This document shows positions 23,311 through 36,039 of a stretch of DNA of 64,000 nt, one piece after another (the stretch's first letter is position 1; every line of letters begins with the position of its first letter). The stretch lies in contig MU054187.1 in NCBI GenBank assembly GCA_013239625.1, positions 8,590,358 to 8,654,357 on the forward strand. The letters are read 5' to 3'. A program made the position numbers and the translations under genes. The notes under the pieces are model-generated. The model was not told the DNA's origin. It made no database searches and saw only the letters and a list, made by a program, of their open reading frames with translations. This stretch comes from Lama guanicoe (taxonomy: Eukaryota).

Positions 23311-26300
23311 TTATATTACGTGTCCCAGTGGGAGCCCAGGTGGAACATACTTACAGTAACTTCCTGGTTAAAAGATGAGTTTACCCTATTTCACTGGCCT
23401 CTTTTGACTTTATTTCTCTTTATTTTGGTTTCCTCATTTTATCCTTATTCTTACAGATTAAGTGCAGATCAAATGAAGAGCTGAAAAAAAATTTTTAAAT
23501 AATGCTGAATCCAAACTGCAGACATTTAGTTAAATTTATTTAGTAAATTGAGCTAAGTAGATAAGATTCTGGTTTCTTCTTATTTGTCTAAAAAAAAAAA
23601 AGAAAGAAAGAGAAAGTAGGTTGTGTTCTGGCTTCAGGCAGCAAGATCCTGCAGTTGAAATAGGAATTGAAATAGCCTTTAAAAACTAAATGAAATGAAT
23701 AGTCTTACAAAGGAAAAAAAAGGATTTTTCACAAGTCCTTGGAAACCAGCAAAAAAGCATTAGAACCATTGTTTTCAGTAATAATTGTGATTACTTGGTT
23801 AAAATACCCTGTACGAGAAGCTTTCTATGTTTTTTGTGCCTCTACAAGGAAAATTAAAACAACATGCAGCATTGGGGCCAATTTGTTTCCAAGGAAGTCA
23901 ATTATTAATATAGTATTTAGTATTTAATGAACTCAGCCTATGTATGCAGAATGCGGCCAAGAGATCTCCATACCAGCAGAGAACAGGTGTTGATAGAAGC
24001 TTTGCCCGTATGTTTACCAGCTGATTAGTACCCATTAAAATGGTAATAATCTAATAAAAATTACTTTATATCTAGTGAAAGTGGAAAGTCCCTTGTGTGT
24101 TGGAAAACAATTTTATTCCCATCTCCACGGCAGTGACAAGAATCCACACCCAAAGCCACCTGAATATTCTGAGTTTCTGTACCTTTTCTCTTTAAGCATC
24201 GCTTTCTCCAGAAGGCTGTCCCAGGCGGTCAGGACAGTTCACTTTTTGATGGCTTCAAGGGAAGGGCAAACAGGTATCCAGCACCAACCTCCTCTTTGGT
24301 GATAGAAGAAATAGGCTCCTTAGTAAACGATGCTGCTTTGTCTGTGTTAGGACATGAGATGGAACTATGGATGTTGGGAAGGACCATCCTGAGCTTCGGT
24401 GGTCACAGAGAGCCCTGAGTGGCTGCTAAGAGAACTCTCTTAGCCTCCCCTGAACTGGCAGTTGCCTGGGAAATTCTTGTTTTCAGGCTAGTCCTAGTCA
24501 AAATTGGGCTGAATGTGAAGTCCCGTCATTCCCAGCCTCACAATTCCTACTACTTGTCTTCAAGGCACAGTCTTTTCATTTTGTCTCAACTGAGCCTGAC
24601 ACACTGTAATTTTGTTCTACTAAAAGCTGAGCTCAGGACGTTTTCAGGAGTTTAGTTACACTGCAGGGTAGAGATTGAAAACTAAGGGCTACTTGCATTG
24701 TGACCAGAATCAAATCCCTCCAAACTAACCGATTAAAGGTCCTTTGGAGGAAATTTAGGCATGTAGCCAAGGACAGGTGACATAGACTCATTGCTTTCAC
24801 CTGCTTCATTTACATGTAAAGTTTCCAAGGACTGAATGATACAATGAAGTGTGTGTCATCATTCTTACCAACTCCTTCCCCAAAGTATTGACAGAAGCAT
24901 AGCAAATGAATTTTGGAGGTAAAAAATATATACTTTTTAATTGATTTATCTTAATAATGATGGAGTCCCTACTGAAATTTGGGGTATAGGAAGGAGGCAT
25001 TGGGAGAAAAAACATGATTTCTGGACATGTCCTGTGCAATACTGAGACTGTGAAGTATTTTAAATTGCTTTCTACTTTTGACTGACATGAAGCCAGAATG
25101 ACTTAAGGATTCTTTTGGTAAATAAAAAGCGCCACATTCAAAATAAAACGTTTACCTCTAATTGATTGGTGCAGAATAGGGTTCTTTTCAACGGAGGATT
25201 CGGGTAGGCCCCAGATAAAGGCAAAGAGCAGGATGGTTACGGAAGGGGAAGTTCAACGGAATTGCTCTGTTGATCTATCCTTTGCCTTTCTGGGCTGCTA
25301 CAGGAAGTAGGAAGGAAGAGGTCACGAGGTCACCGGGCGCTGTTGGGCCAGAAGCAATCATGCAAAAACCTCAAGGGTGCAGATTCTTTCTTGTGAAGGA
25401 CAGTCTGAGCTGGTTCCCATGTCTACGTGGATTTGTTCTGCACCACCGCCACCATGCTGGCAGAAAGGCATTGCTGATATTTCTATGAAGGAAGCTTTGA
25501 AACTGCGTGGTTTTTATTTGCCTCAACTGGTGATGTTGAACGTCCAGTGAAAACCTTGTTTCAGCCAGTGGACTTGAAAATCAGAGACTTGGTTTGGGAA
25601 CCAAAAAGATAGAAATCTCAGGACTGTAAATGGGCCCCTTTTGGAGAAGCACACTTCAGGATGTGTGACGAATCACACTTCTGTATTCATGTTTCTCTAC
25701 CTTTAGCCCAGAAGATACGGAGTTGATGCTGAATTAACAGCTCTTTGAATGAACTTCTGCCTGATCTCAGGGTAGCTGCCTGAGCAGGAGGAGGAGGAAG
25801 TCCGGTCTGAATGGTCACAATAGCAGGAACTGTAACACACAATTTGATCCTATCTTTTCAGCACGCAGTGAATTCAACTCCGAACTTTTACCTCTAATTT
25901 GTGATTTATTTGGCAAAAATCACACAAATAAGTTCCCAAGTTATCTGTCTGTTCTTATTTGTTATCTGTCCAGTACATCTGGATGCAAATACAATTACAA
26001 GACATGCCAACAGTGAGCAAGAAGTCCCATAATCTCATTAAAGATAGAATGTGCTTTCCTTACGAAAATTTGGAAAAAGTATTAGGATGTAGTACATATA
26101 GATCGAGTTTAGGGTACCTGAGACAGATTGGGGAACTAATTTGAACAAGTGCTTTATGGAAAGGACTAAAGCGCTGCTTTTATCAAGTCCCCTGGGTGTG
26201 CCGGAGTGATGACTTCACTACTCCGTAAGAGGTCAAGAAAGAGTAAGGAACAGAGAGAGTCCCTCCAGACTGTGGGTGCTCTCCTCAAGCCCAGCAGAGC

Positions 26301-28457
26301 CAGGGGGTCTGTGCGCTCCCTCAGTGCACAGGAAGAGACCTGGCCAGATGGCTACAAGCAAACAACTGTTAAAGTAGAGTTGACTATGAGATGTTGGTCC
26401 TTTATTCAAGGCCAAGCCACCCACAGGCTAGACCATGGTTGGCTCACAAAGGAATATGCAGCTGTGAATCCTAGGACATGAACCCTCTGGGGGCCCATAT
26501 TGCTAACTCCGTGACCTGACTTACTTCTGACTGCTGGATCTCTTGGCCTTCATGATGTGTGGACACCAGTTCTGATTTCTCAGATCTTAACACTCCTGCC
26601 CAACTTTTGATCTTGCCCATTTCTCTCGTACTGGCATACTTTGTAGTTTTAGGTCATTTAGGAAAGCTCGCTCTACTCCAGCCTCAGAATTCTTCAGAAG
26701 AATTAGGGCTAAGCAGATATGACATACGTCTGTCCTCCCAGCTTAACAACAAGGCTTTGGGCAAGTTCTGGAGACCAGTTGGGTAACACAATGGGTGTCA
26801 TTGGTGCTGAGTACTGTTTTCTGTAATTTGGCTTCTAGAGGTGATAGAAGAGGGACCTTGGGATTTCCAGGAACCAAGAGTAATTCTAAAAGGCAAGACT
26901 TTAAGGAACAACCTCTTCTTCGGCCCTGGAAGCCAACATGAGCTGTCACTAGGGTTAGAGGACTTTGTAGCTCTGTGCAGTCTCCATGAAGAATCCACCA
27001 GCCCACAAATCAATAGTGAGCAATGTGGAATTTTCTAGAGATTTTATCAGGGAAATAGAAGAGGAGACTTAACCTGAGACCTCAACAGTGTATCATTTTA
27101 AAAAGCTCATCGGACATGTTTGTTTTCTAAACACCCACCTTCCTGACCAGGACCCACAGTGGTTTTCCTCTTTGTTCTTCCATCCCACGGTGCCCCGGCA
27201 CCTTCTGCTGGGTTCCTGTCTTCCCCTATCAATTATGCAGTTACCAACACCAGTCCCTCCTAGAAGGCAGTGGTGAGTTACACAACAAAGCAACGAAATA
27301 TTTCTATTACACCAGAATAAAATCCCTAAGGAGAGGTGACCACGTTTGTGTCCATGGCTCCATGCAGCCCTGGGAATTTCTCTCCATAGCTGATAGGTGA
27401 GAGGACTGAAGTCTAGGAAGATTTATAGTGAGTTTGCAAAAAGACGTGGCGTAAAACCCAAATCATATGACTCTAGTCAGGGCTATTTTTGCACCACGCA
27501 GGGACCCAGGCATTCTCGGGACTCTTACCATGTAGGGGGCGGGAAGAGATTGTGGCCCTTTCATTATAATCCTAAATCACAAGAGGAAAATAAATTTTGG
27601 CAAGCGTGAGTTTCGAGGCCTTGATTTAATTGAGCTATCAGCTTTCTGGGAAGGGTGTGTGCTAAGAGAGGAAGTGGTCAAGCCGAAGGGAATCAGGGAC
27701 TCTTAGTTCAGAAAGAGTCACACGCGAGATTTCTCCACAACTTCGCTATTTTGTCAGCAGGGGTTCTCTCTGACTGTGAAACAGAAGAAGAAAATCTTTT
27801 CTTAACAATAACATACACGTGCCATGCGAGAGATGAAGTGGAAGATTAAGCAAGAAGCCCAGCTATTTTATTGCCCTAAGGCATTACTCATTTTCCCGAC
27901 ACATTATGTTTTTAATTAAAATTGCATGTGAGTTAATTAAAATTTTCACTCAGGCACTTTTTTTTCCCCTCTTTTCTTGCATGGGGTCCTTGCAACTCTT
28001 TAAGCCTTTTGGTAAAACTCAGTTTTATTTTAACTTTGCTGCCTTTATCGGCTGCAGCTTTAACAGAGAGTCTGTGTACAAAGCTAACTTAAAAAAAAAA
28101 TCTAATTTAAAAAATTCATCCTTAAGTGGCCAGGGGTGGAATCGTTATGGTTTCTGCATTCTTTCCTGCTTACTTAATCCAAAACATGAAATAGGCATTG
28201 ATAGAAAGCATATTAAAAGGGGGGGGGGTCCCATGATTTTTCTTGCAATAGACATATTTATCCATCTACAGTCCTTTGTTCTGGAAAGGATCACCATTTA
28301 CGGTGCTGATGATTATGTAACCTTGACTTTCCCTGTTTGCAGCTGATAAATTAGCCTTCGGCAGACATTTATCTAGTGCAACCTATCAATTGACAGGCCA
28401 GTAACTCTGAGAGACAGAATCCCTCTTGAAAATGTCAATACAGAGACACCAAGATCT

Positions 28458-28490
28458 TGGTCACTGGTGGTCACTGGTGGTCACTGGTGG
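28458..28490. repeat. 10-bp tandem repeat (tcactggtgg)3
   Basis: Three exact copies 28461-28490 plus a leading tgg. Confidence 0.95.
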
Positions 28491-28494
28491 GGTC

Positions 28495-28818
28495 TCTGTT
28501 GGACCTATGAGGACAGGAGGCCAGGTGGTTCGTTTATAAACAGAGGAAATTTGTTGAAGGGAAGACTAGACAGAAAGAATGAGAGAGCGTTGCAGCCATG
28601 TGGCTTCTGAGCTGGACAAGAGAGAACCTTTAGTTTCCAGGTCTTCCTGTCTGAGTTTCCACGGGGCCTGGCTGAGTCCTTGCTGTGTCCCTTGCTGTGT
28701 CCTTGAGATGGCTGTTCTGGGGAGAGGGGGCTGTTTTTGTTTTACAGTAAGTCTCTTTTTCAGAGTTAGCTAAAATGGATTTTGGATCCTCGTGAACAGT
28801 AAACTCTGACTAAAACAG
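28495..28818 (+). mobile_element. MaLR LTR fragment (MLT1-like)
   Basis: 3' end 'cagtaagtctctttttcagagttagctaaaatggatttt...ctctgactaaaaca' resembles the MLT1 terminus. Confidence 0.55.
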
Positions 28819-29289
28819 CCATGCTTCAAAACTCCATCTATCCCTCAGCAGCCCTGATGGAGATCGTGTTAAAGAGCAAAATCATAAAATGACAAGTAAG
28901 AAGCCACCTATTGCAATTCAAAAATATACAGGCTGAAGCTCTATGGGGAAAATGAAGTCCGGGGCGAGAAGGGTATTTTTAACAACCATATTAAAATCCC
29001 TTTGTGAAGAGTTTGAGGGAAAATGTTTTTCTTTTTTCTCTCTCTCTCTTTAAAAAAATTGTTTTCCACTTCCAGTGATGTTTTAGCACCTTCGTAACGT
29101 GTTAGTGCGTCTGAGAAACTAGTGCCCTGGGCCGCTGCCTGGTGACCTATTTGTTCATTTTCCTCTGCTACCTAGATGAGGGCTGCCATGTCTTTCTCCT
29201 CGGATCAGATTTCTAAAGCATCAGCGCTAACCCAGCTGGGGGTAGTGCTCACACACGTTGTCTTTGTGCCATGGCTGGACAGCTTCCTG

Positions 29290-31497
29290 CCTGGGACCTG
29301 CGCTCTGTTAATCCTCCCAACTCTTGAACCTCCTTCCCAGCTTAAATTTGATGGTCTGGCATTATAATTGCATCCTCATGCTTGATGGCAAAACCATGGC
29401 TGAAGGTTAAATCCATACCAGTAAGCTAGTTCTTGCCTGCGTTTGGACAGTGTGCGGTTGGAGAAAAACTTAAAACTAACTGGCTTCTCTTTGAATGAAT
29501 GATCGTGAACCTCAGGTGCACCCATGATGTTGCCGGGCAGTCATGCCATTTTCCTGAGTCCCTCCATCCTCTCACTCTCCTAGGCACCCTCTCACCCTCC
29601 TCAGCCTCCACACCCCTCCTCAGTGCACTCTTTTTCTTGGAGGCTGTGGAGGTTGTCTTCTGATTGCTCCAGTTTTTCTCAGTGAAGTGGGAAGCAAAGG
29701 CATCCGCTGAGAGGGAGGAAGGCAAGGATAGGCACACATGTTGGCGCTTTGGGGCATGACACTGCCCTGCTACCTTCACTTTCATACCTGCACTGCACCC
29801 TGCATCTACTTGCATATGTTGTTTATATGGATGAGCCGTCAGTGCTCCTCCCCATCGTCAACCTCTCCACTTACGCAGAAAGCAGGTCTCATCCTCGCCA
29901 CGTGGGGACAGTGCTCCACATCTCCTCCTCTCCTATGTTGTCAGTTTGCCCTTCTCCTGGAGCTTCCTCATCAACATAGCATCTTCCTGTTATTTCTTTC
30001 ATCTTAAAGTCCTTTCTTGATTCTTCTTGCCCCTTCTGCTACTATCCCTTCATTCTCCCTCCCTATCTGATAAACTTCTTAACGGCATTTACCAAACGAG
30101 TGCTTCCTGTTCCTCCTCTCTCACTTCCCCTTGAATCAGCTCTGAGCAGGCTTGGGCCCCCCCCCACCCCCCCCATCAAAACTCCTCCTGCTTAAGTCTC
30201 CAATAACATTTGCATTTCTAAATCCCATGGTCCATTCTCAGTCCTTCTACACTTGACTATTCAGCGGTGTTTAGCGGAGTTGAGTACTGCTTCTTCTGTG
30301 ATACACTTTCATCATTTCGCCTCTAGGACATCGTACTCCCTTGGCTTTACCATTCTACGAGGTCCTCCTTCTTAGTCTTCTTTGCTGCTGCTGCTCCCTG
30401 ACCTCTTAATGTCATGGTTTCCCAGGACTTAGTTCTTCTATCTCTTCTTATCTCCACCTGCAGTCTTACCCTCATGATAGCATTGAATCTCGTATTCTTA
30501 AATATAATTTCTATGCTCATAACTCCCAGGTTTATATCTCTTGCTCAGACATTTTTTTTCCCTGAAATCCAGACCCCTATGTTCTCCTGCTCCTTTGATA
30601 TCTTCATTTGAATATCTATTGGGAATCTACTATTTCAACCTAAAAGTCAACTCATGACGTTCTTCCCACTAGTCTGCCTTATCCACAGCCCTCTCTGTCT
30701 CGTAGGAGGGCAGTTCTACTCCTGTTTCTCCGCCCAAAACCTTCCAGTTGTCTAAGATTCCTCTTTATCTCTCTTTCATGCTCACAATCATTGTTTTTAT
30801 AAGATTCCATGTCCTTTACCTTGAAAATATTTATTCAGAATCTGACCACTTTTTGCTGTCTCCACTGCTACCAGCCTTGCCCATTGGTCTGCAAGAGCCT
30901 TTTAACTGGGTTTCTCCCTGTTTGTGCCTCTACTGTTCATTTACAACAGAGCAGCAAGAATGGTGCTTTTAAAATGTAAATCAAATTATATCATTCATCT
31001 GCTAAAAATCCTGCAGTGGCTCTCTGTTTTACTCAGACTAGAAGCCAAATTCCTTATAATGGCTAACTGGGGCCTCACATAGCTCACTCAGTTCCAGACA
31101 CGGTGACTCTGCCAACCCTTCAGAACTCCGAGAACACGCCTCTGTTCCTTCAGCTTTCTTCTTAGAGATTCACGTGGTAAATCCTCCGCTCATTTTTAAT
31201 GAGGTCTACCCTGACCACCTACTTAAAATTCCAACTTCCTGTATCCTGATGCCTTGTCACCTGCTCGATTTTGTTTTCTATAGAGCTGCTTGTCATCTTC
31301 TGACACATGATTTAAATTTTTTATTATTTGTTTATTTTGTTTGTATTCTATGGATTGTCTCCCACATATGCAAAGGTAATCTCCCTCTAAAATTAGGGGG
31401 TTTGTATGTTTTTGGCATTAATATTTGCATGCATCTAGAACAGTATACCTGGCATATAGTAGGTGGACAATCAATATTTTCTAAATAGATGAATGAA
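29290..31497 (+). mobile_element. L2 (L2a) ~2.2 kb including decayed RT domain, with an internal inversion
   Basis: RT motif remnants LDYSAVFSGV (cf. LDLSAAFDTV), VSQDLVL (cf. GVPQGSVLG), YAHNSQVYI (cf. YADDSQIY); 3' end 'cctggcatatagtaggtggacaatcaatattttctaaatagatgaatgaa'. Confidence 0.92.
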
Positions 31498-31509
31498 GGC
31501 TTCTAAGCT

Positions 31510-32112
31510 GAAGAGGTAGATCAAAGATTGAGGAGGCAAAGATGACTAGAATTTGCATGAGAGAGTATAAGATGAAGAGTTTGAAACACCTAAACGTGGA
31601 TACTGTTGAGTCTTCTACTGTATACTAAACTGTGACATGTATAAGATGAGACTCCCTGAAGCTGTGGAAACAACAAATCTCAGGGGAAAAATAACTACTT
31701 GAGAGCTATGAGCTAGAAAAATACTCGAGACTGAACATGTTGTCCTGACCAACCAAAGTGGAGAGACCTCCTTGAACACCATGTGTACTCAATAAAGCCC
31801 CATGAAGGTCATGCCTTAGGAGTAGTGCCAGACTAGTCCATGAGGAAAGGCTACTCGCCAAAAGAAAGCTTGAAAACAAGCCTTAAAAGTTTCAAGCTAA
31901 TCAATAAATAAATGCATGCCCTGTCAAAAATATCTTAATACTCTTTAAAGAAACACAACCAAATCCAGACCCAAAATCCAGACAACAAAAAGAAAACAAG
32001 AAAATCTAAACAGATATTGTAACACTTACAATATTTAGCATCTAATTTTAATAAGTACTATAATTGCAAAGAAGGAGGAAAATGTAACTCATAATTATGA
32101 GCAAAATCAGCT
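31510..32112 (+). mobile_element. Old L1 5' region (L1ME/L1MC 5end-like)
   Basis: 'ccaaagtggagagacctccttgaacacc', 'gaaggtcatgccttaggagtag', 'gcaaagaaggaggaaaatgtaactcataat'. Confidence 0.75.
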
Positions 32113-33576
32113 AGTTCAAGGCAAAATGTGCAAAAGAGAAGAACTGTCTTTGGTACTTTCTTCTTGTGCATTCAGTGGAATCCCATTATCTCAAAGCCTT
32201 CCCAAGCTTTCAACATAAATTCCAACCTCAAAGTGCTCTGAGCTCCACACAGTAGTTTTCTCTCTTCTTTCTCTTCCTCTGTACCCAACTGCACTCGCTT
32301 GATTTATTTTCATATTATCCTTTTTAACCTAGGTTCCCTCTCCTGTATGTATCAAGATTTCAACTGGCCAATACATTAGTATTGTAATGAGGAAAAACTC
32401 CCCCTTTCTGTTACTATGTGGGGCTTCCCTTTACCATGTGATTGTATTGTCTTACTCTAAATTATAGAAACTTTGTTTAAATAAGGGAAGAGGTAATTGG
32501 GTAAAAAAGATCACTTTGAATGTTGGAAATTTGTAGGGTGCAGATGGACAACCTACTTTGAGTTTCATATCTTGGAGCCCAACCAGTCATAATTACTATT
32601 ACTGAAGCACAAGATCAGAAAGGGACAGGCCATGATGGTGATGAGATGCAAAATCACCGAGCATTGGCCAGATTTTCTTAATTTTCCTTTGCCTTAGATT
32701 GGGATTATAGTGCTAGAGACTGAGATGGGTGTACCTAGCAAGAAGATACCAAATGGCCCCAGATGGGGAGTGAAGTGGGTAAGAGATTCAAGGAGTTGGA
32801 GCCTGACAGAAAAATGCCAGTACTGATGAATAAACAAAGAGTAGAAAACTCTTCAATGAACAATAGTTACTCTGAGTTTATTTTAAGACCTTCTGAATAT
32901 TTATACAGAGAGATTCAGACTCTGCAGCTCAACTTTTGACTTACCCTTCAAATGATCATTTTATTTGGAAATATTGATTGTCGTAGCTAAACATTTACCA
33001 AAATGTTTAGTTTAACCTAAAATATGTTAATGTATTTCTTTCACGGAATCAGATAACTAACTACCTAATTTTGCAGAAAAATTACCAGCGTTTCTTTATT
33101 TTTTTAATGATTTAAACTCAGCAGGCATCTCACCTCAGAAATAGCAGGGCATTATTTAATTCCAGAAGTTCTTTAGTGTGACATTTTAGGCATTTTGAAA
33201 AGTGCATAAAAGATAAGGCTACCTGACAGTAGGGCTGTTTCACAACATTATTACACTGATAACTACCAGAGCCATTTCATTTGCATGAAACTATTTGATT
33301 ATGGCATTAGGAATCAAATGATATTGTGTTTGGAACCATTTGTGTATGCTATTTATTTTAGCATAATACATATTTATTGGTGTTTTATTCACAGTATGAG
33401 TCACATGTTAATAACAGTTTAAGAGACTTTAGAGCATTGCCTTTTCACATGTTTAATAACAAGTTCATGAGTAATTCCACAAGGTACACATATCCATGAA
33501 GGGCTTCTAATCATATATATAAAGCAGAATTTCTTCCACCATTGAGCAAATTATTTGTGTGATATAATCCCCTTTC

Positions 33577-33756
33577 TAGGATTGCCGGATTTAGCAAATT
33601 AAAATATAGGACACTAAGTTAAATTTGAATTCCAAATAGACAATGAATAAACATTGCTTCATGCAATATTGGGGACATGCTTATACTAACAATTACTTAT
33701 TGTTTACCTAAATTTTAAATTGAATTGGGCACTCTGTATTTTACCTGACAGTCCTA
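33577..33756. mobile_element. MER53 palindromic hAT MITE with 8-bp TSD
   Basis: TIRs 'taggattgccggat' / 'acctgacagtccta'; interior matches MER53; TSD cccctttc (33569-33576) / cccctttg (33757-33764). Confidence 0.92.
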
Positions 33757-35203
33757 CCCCTTTGTACTAGAAAGATGAACTCAACTACTTTTAAAAATGT
33801 TCAACCACAGATAGTTTAAGCTAGTACAAGCCATATAGAAGCCTCACTCCCGGAACAAGACATTTGGAGTTGCCTTAAACTGTCAACTCCCTACCCCTAA
33901 CAAATCTCCTGCCATTTGGATCTTGGATGTTGCTAGAGAGAGCTGGGTGGTATGCCTTTCCCATAAATTAGATCTACTGAATTACACTGCGTGGAGGAGC
34001 CTAGTGGGTGTAAAAAAAATGTTTAGATCTTGATTTAGAACTTCATTAGCCCTAAGGGAAGTTTAATTATTAAAAAAAAATGATTGGCTGGGGTGCTCCA
34101 GCCCATCAGATTGAGTTGTAGAAAGACACAACTGAGCCGCAGCAGGAAACCCACCATCAATATTGATGGAATTTGGCCTAAAGATCTAACCCCACTAGTA
34201 AAGCCATGTTGCAAGAGGGGAATGGAAGCTGATTTATCTTGACACAGTCCCCCCTGGATTGTGTGAATTCTCAGGATCTTCACAAGTGACAGCAAGGGAA
34301 GAATTCAGTATAGCTCTTTCCTGGGGCTTCAGCTTGGTGCTCAGCAACACCAGCAGGCTGCCACCAACAGCCCGTTAATGGTGCTGATGGCAATTCAAGA
34401 CCTGTAGGTGACCTGATGGGAGGCTGGTCCAGAATCGTTACCCTTTCTTCCCATGCCCAGCTTTTGTGCCCCAGTGCTCATCCCCACTTCTTATTTTCAT
34501 TGAGAGGATTTGGAAAGGAGTTAAGGAGGAAGAATACAACCAAACCACATCTGCGTCACATCTGCATCGTGTGGCTAAACTAGTGATGTAGAGCCGGATG
34601 CTGACTCAGAGCCACTGCCAATGAATGAACAGCCCTGTGTGTCCAGGAGCCGTCAACACCATCTACCTCTGTGTGTGATCTGTGGATGATTTGTGTGCCT
34701 CTTGCCAATAGAGTTCATAAACTAAAGATTAATGAGAGGAAGAGGCAACCCATTGGGGGAAAACATTAGTAAAGCAGGAAGGTCTTTTGCTTTTTGGAGC
34801 TGGAATAACAGGGAGGCTTCATCATTGTTTCAGCTGACTTTGGTGTCTAGCCAAGCCAGAGGCACTGGCTGTAAGCATATTTGGCTCCGTCGCCCCGTCT
34901 GTCAACCCCAGTGTCCCTGCAATCCTACTGCCACTGCACAAGTTGCTGACAGACTGGAAAACAATAGTACTTCTCCTTCTTTGCTATTTTTAGAGAAATT
35001 TGAATAACAACCTATTCCCCTCATTTATTATTCTTGATGAATAATAAATTATTCTAATAGCATTGACTGTTCTATTCATTTATTATTTGAGGATGATTAG
35101 AAGTGAATTGCTATTATAAAGCCTCACCAGTTCCAAAAATTAGACTTTAGAATTTTGTGTTTCCTTTTGGCTCTGAGTAATTATCTCTATTGCTTCCTCT
35201 AAT

Positions 35204-35249
35204 TCTCTCTCTCTCTTTCTCTTTGTGACACACACACACACACACACAC
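35204..35249. repeat. Compound (TC)n/(AC)11 microsatellite
   Basis: Seen directly. Confidence 0.9.
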
Positions 35250-35609
35250 CCCTCTTTCTTCTTTCCTAGTCATGTTCTATTTTGATTCCAGAATCAGGAT
35301 CCCAACACTTAAAAATTTATCCAGAGGGGTGATGAGTGAGCCTCTGAAATGTGATCTCCTCCAGACATACAGAGTTTTAAGATTGTGTTTAGGTTCAATA
35401 AGGTTTTATAACTTACTCACAACTGTGTTATTTAAGGGTATAGAATACTGAGTAAGACATGGCTTGCAGATCAGAACAGATACACATGCCAGGATAAATC
35501 ACATTGCTATTTACAGAATAGACTGTGAGGTTCTAACCTGGGGGTAAAAGAAGATGTAGGATGAAAAAAATATTATTTTTTATAGTGAAACTTGTTATAT
35601 AACCCTCTA

Positions 35610-35895
35610 ATCTGAGCATTTGAGGCCTTAACCTACCTCGTCAGCCTTATCCCCCTTACCACTCTCCAGACACTCTTCACCTAAGTTGAAGTGAACCCAT
35701 TTCTTTTAACCAAATATGATATCAGCTTTCCCACAATCTAAATTTTCTGCTTCGTTGTTTTTTGGTTTGGAATATTTTTTCAGCTTTTCTACACCACCTC
35801 TCCATCTCTACCTGTGAAAATGTAATTGCTCCATGAAGGCTTACTTTAAATTCCTCTTGATTCCCCTAATCTCAGAACGTTCTCTCCCTTCTATA
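35610..35895 (+). mobile_element. L2 3' fragment
   Basis: 'gcatttgaggccttaacctacctcgtcagccttatc', 'ctccatgaaggctt'. Confidence 0.55.
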
Positions 35896-36039
35896 ATACT
35901 GCCTCTAAAAGACTCCATTCGCAATGGCTCACTGTCATATATAAGGACACATTCAAGTTTTATGAGACTTTTTTGCTTACGTAATTTGGGGGATCCTCTT
36001 CAGAAAAAAAAAATTACAAATACGGTTATAAAAGAGAGT

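Noticed and set aside
30000..30620. Functional reverse transcriptase
   Set aside because: Catalytic YADD has decayed to YAHN and the frame is broken; ordinary L2 fossil
34154..34169. Perfect 16-bp palindrome CCATCAATATTGATGG
   Set aside because: About one such palindrome is expected by chance in 64 kb (64000/4^8); no supporting context
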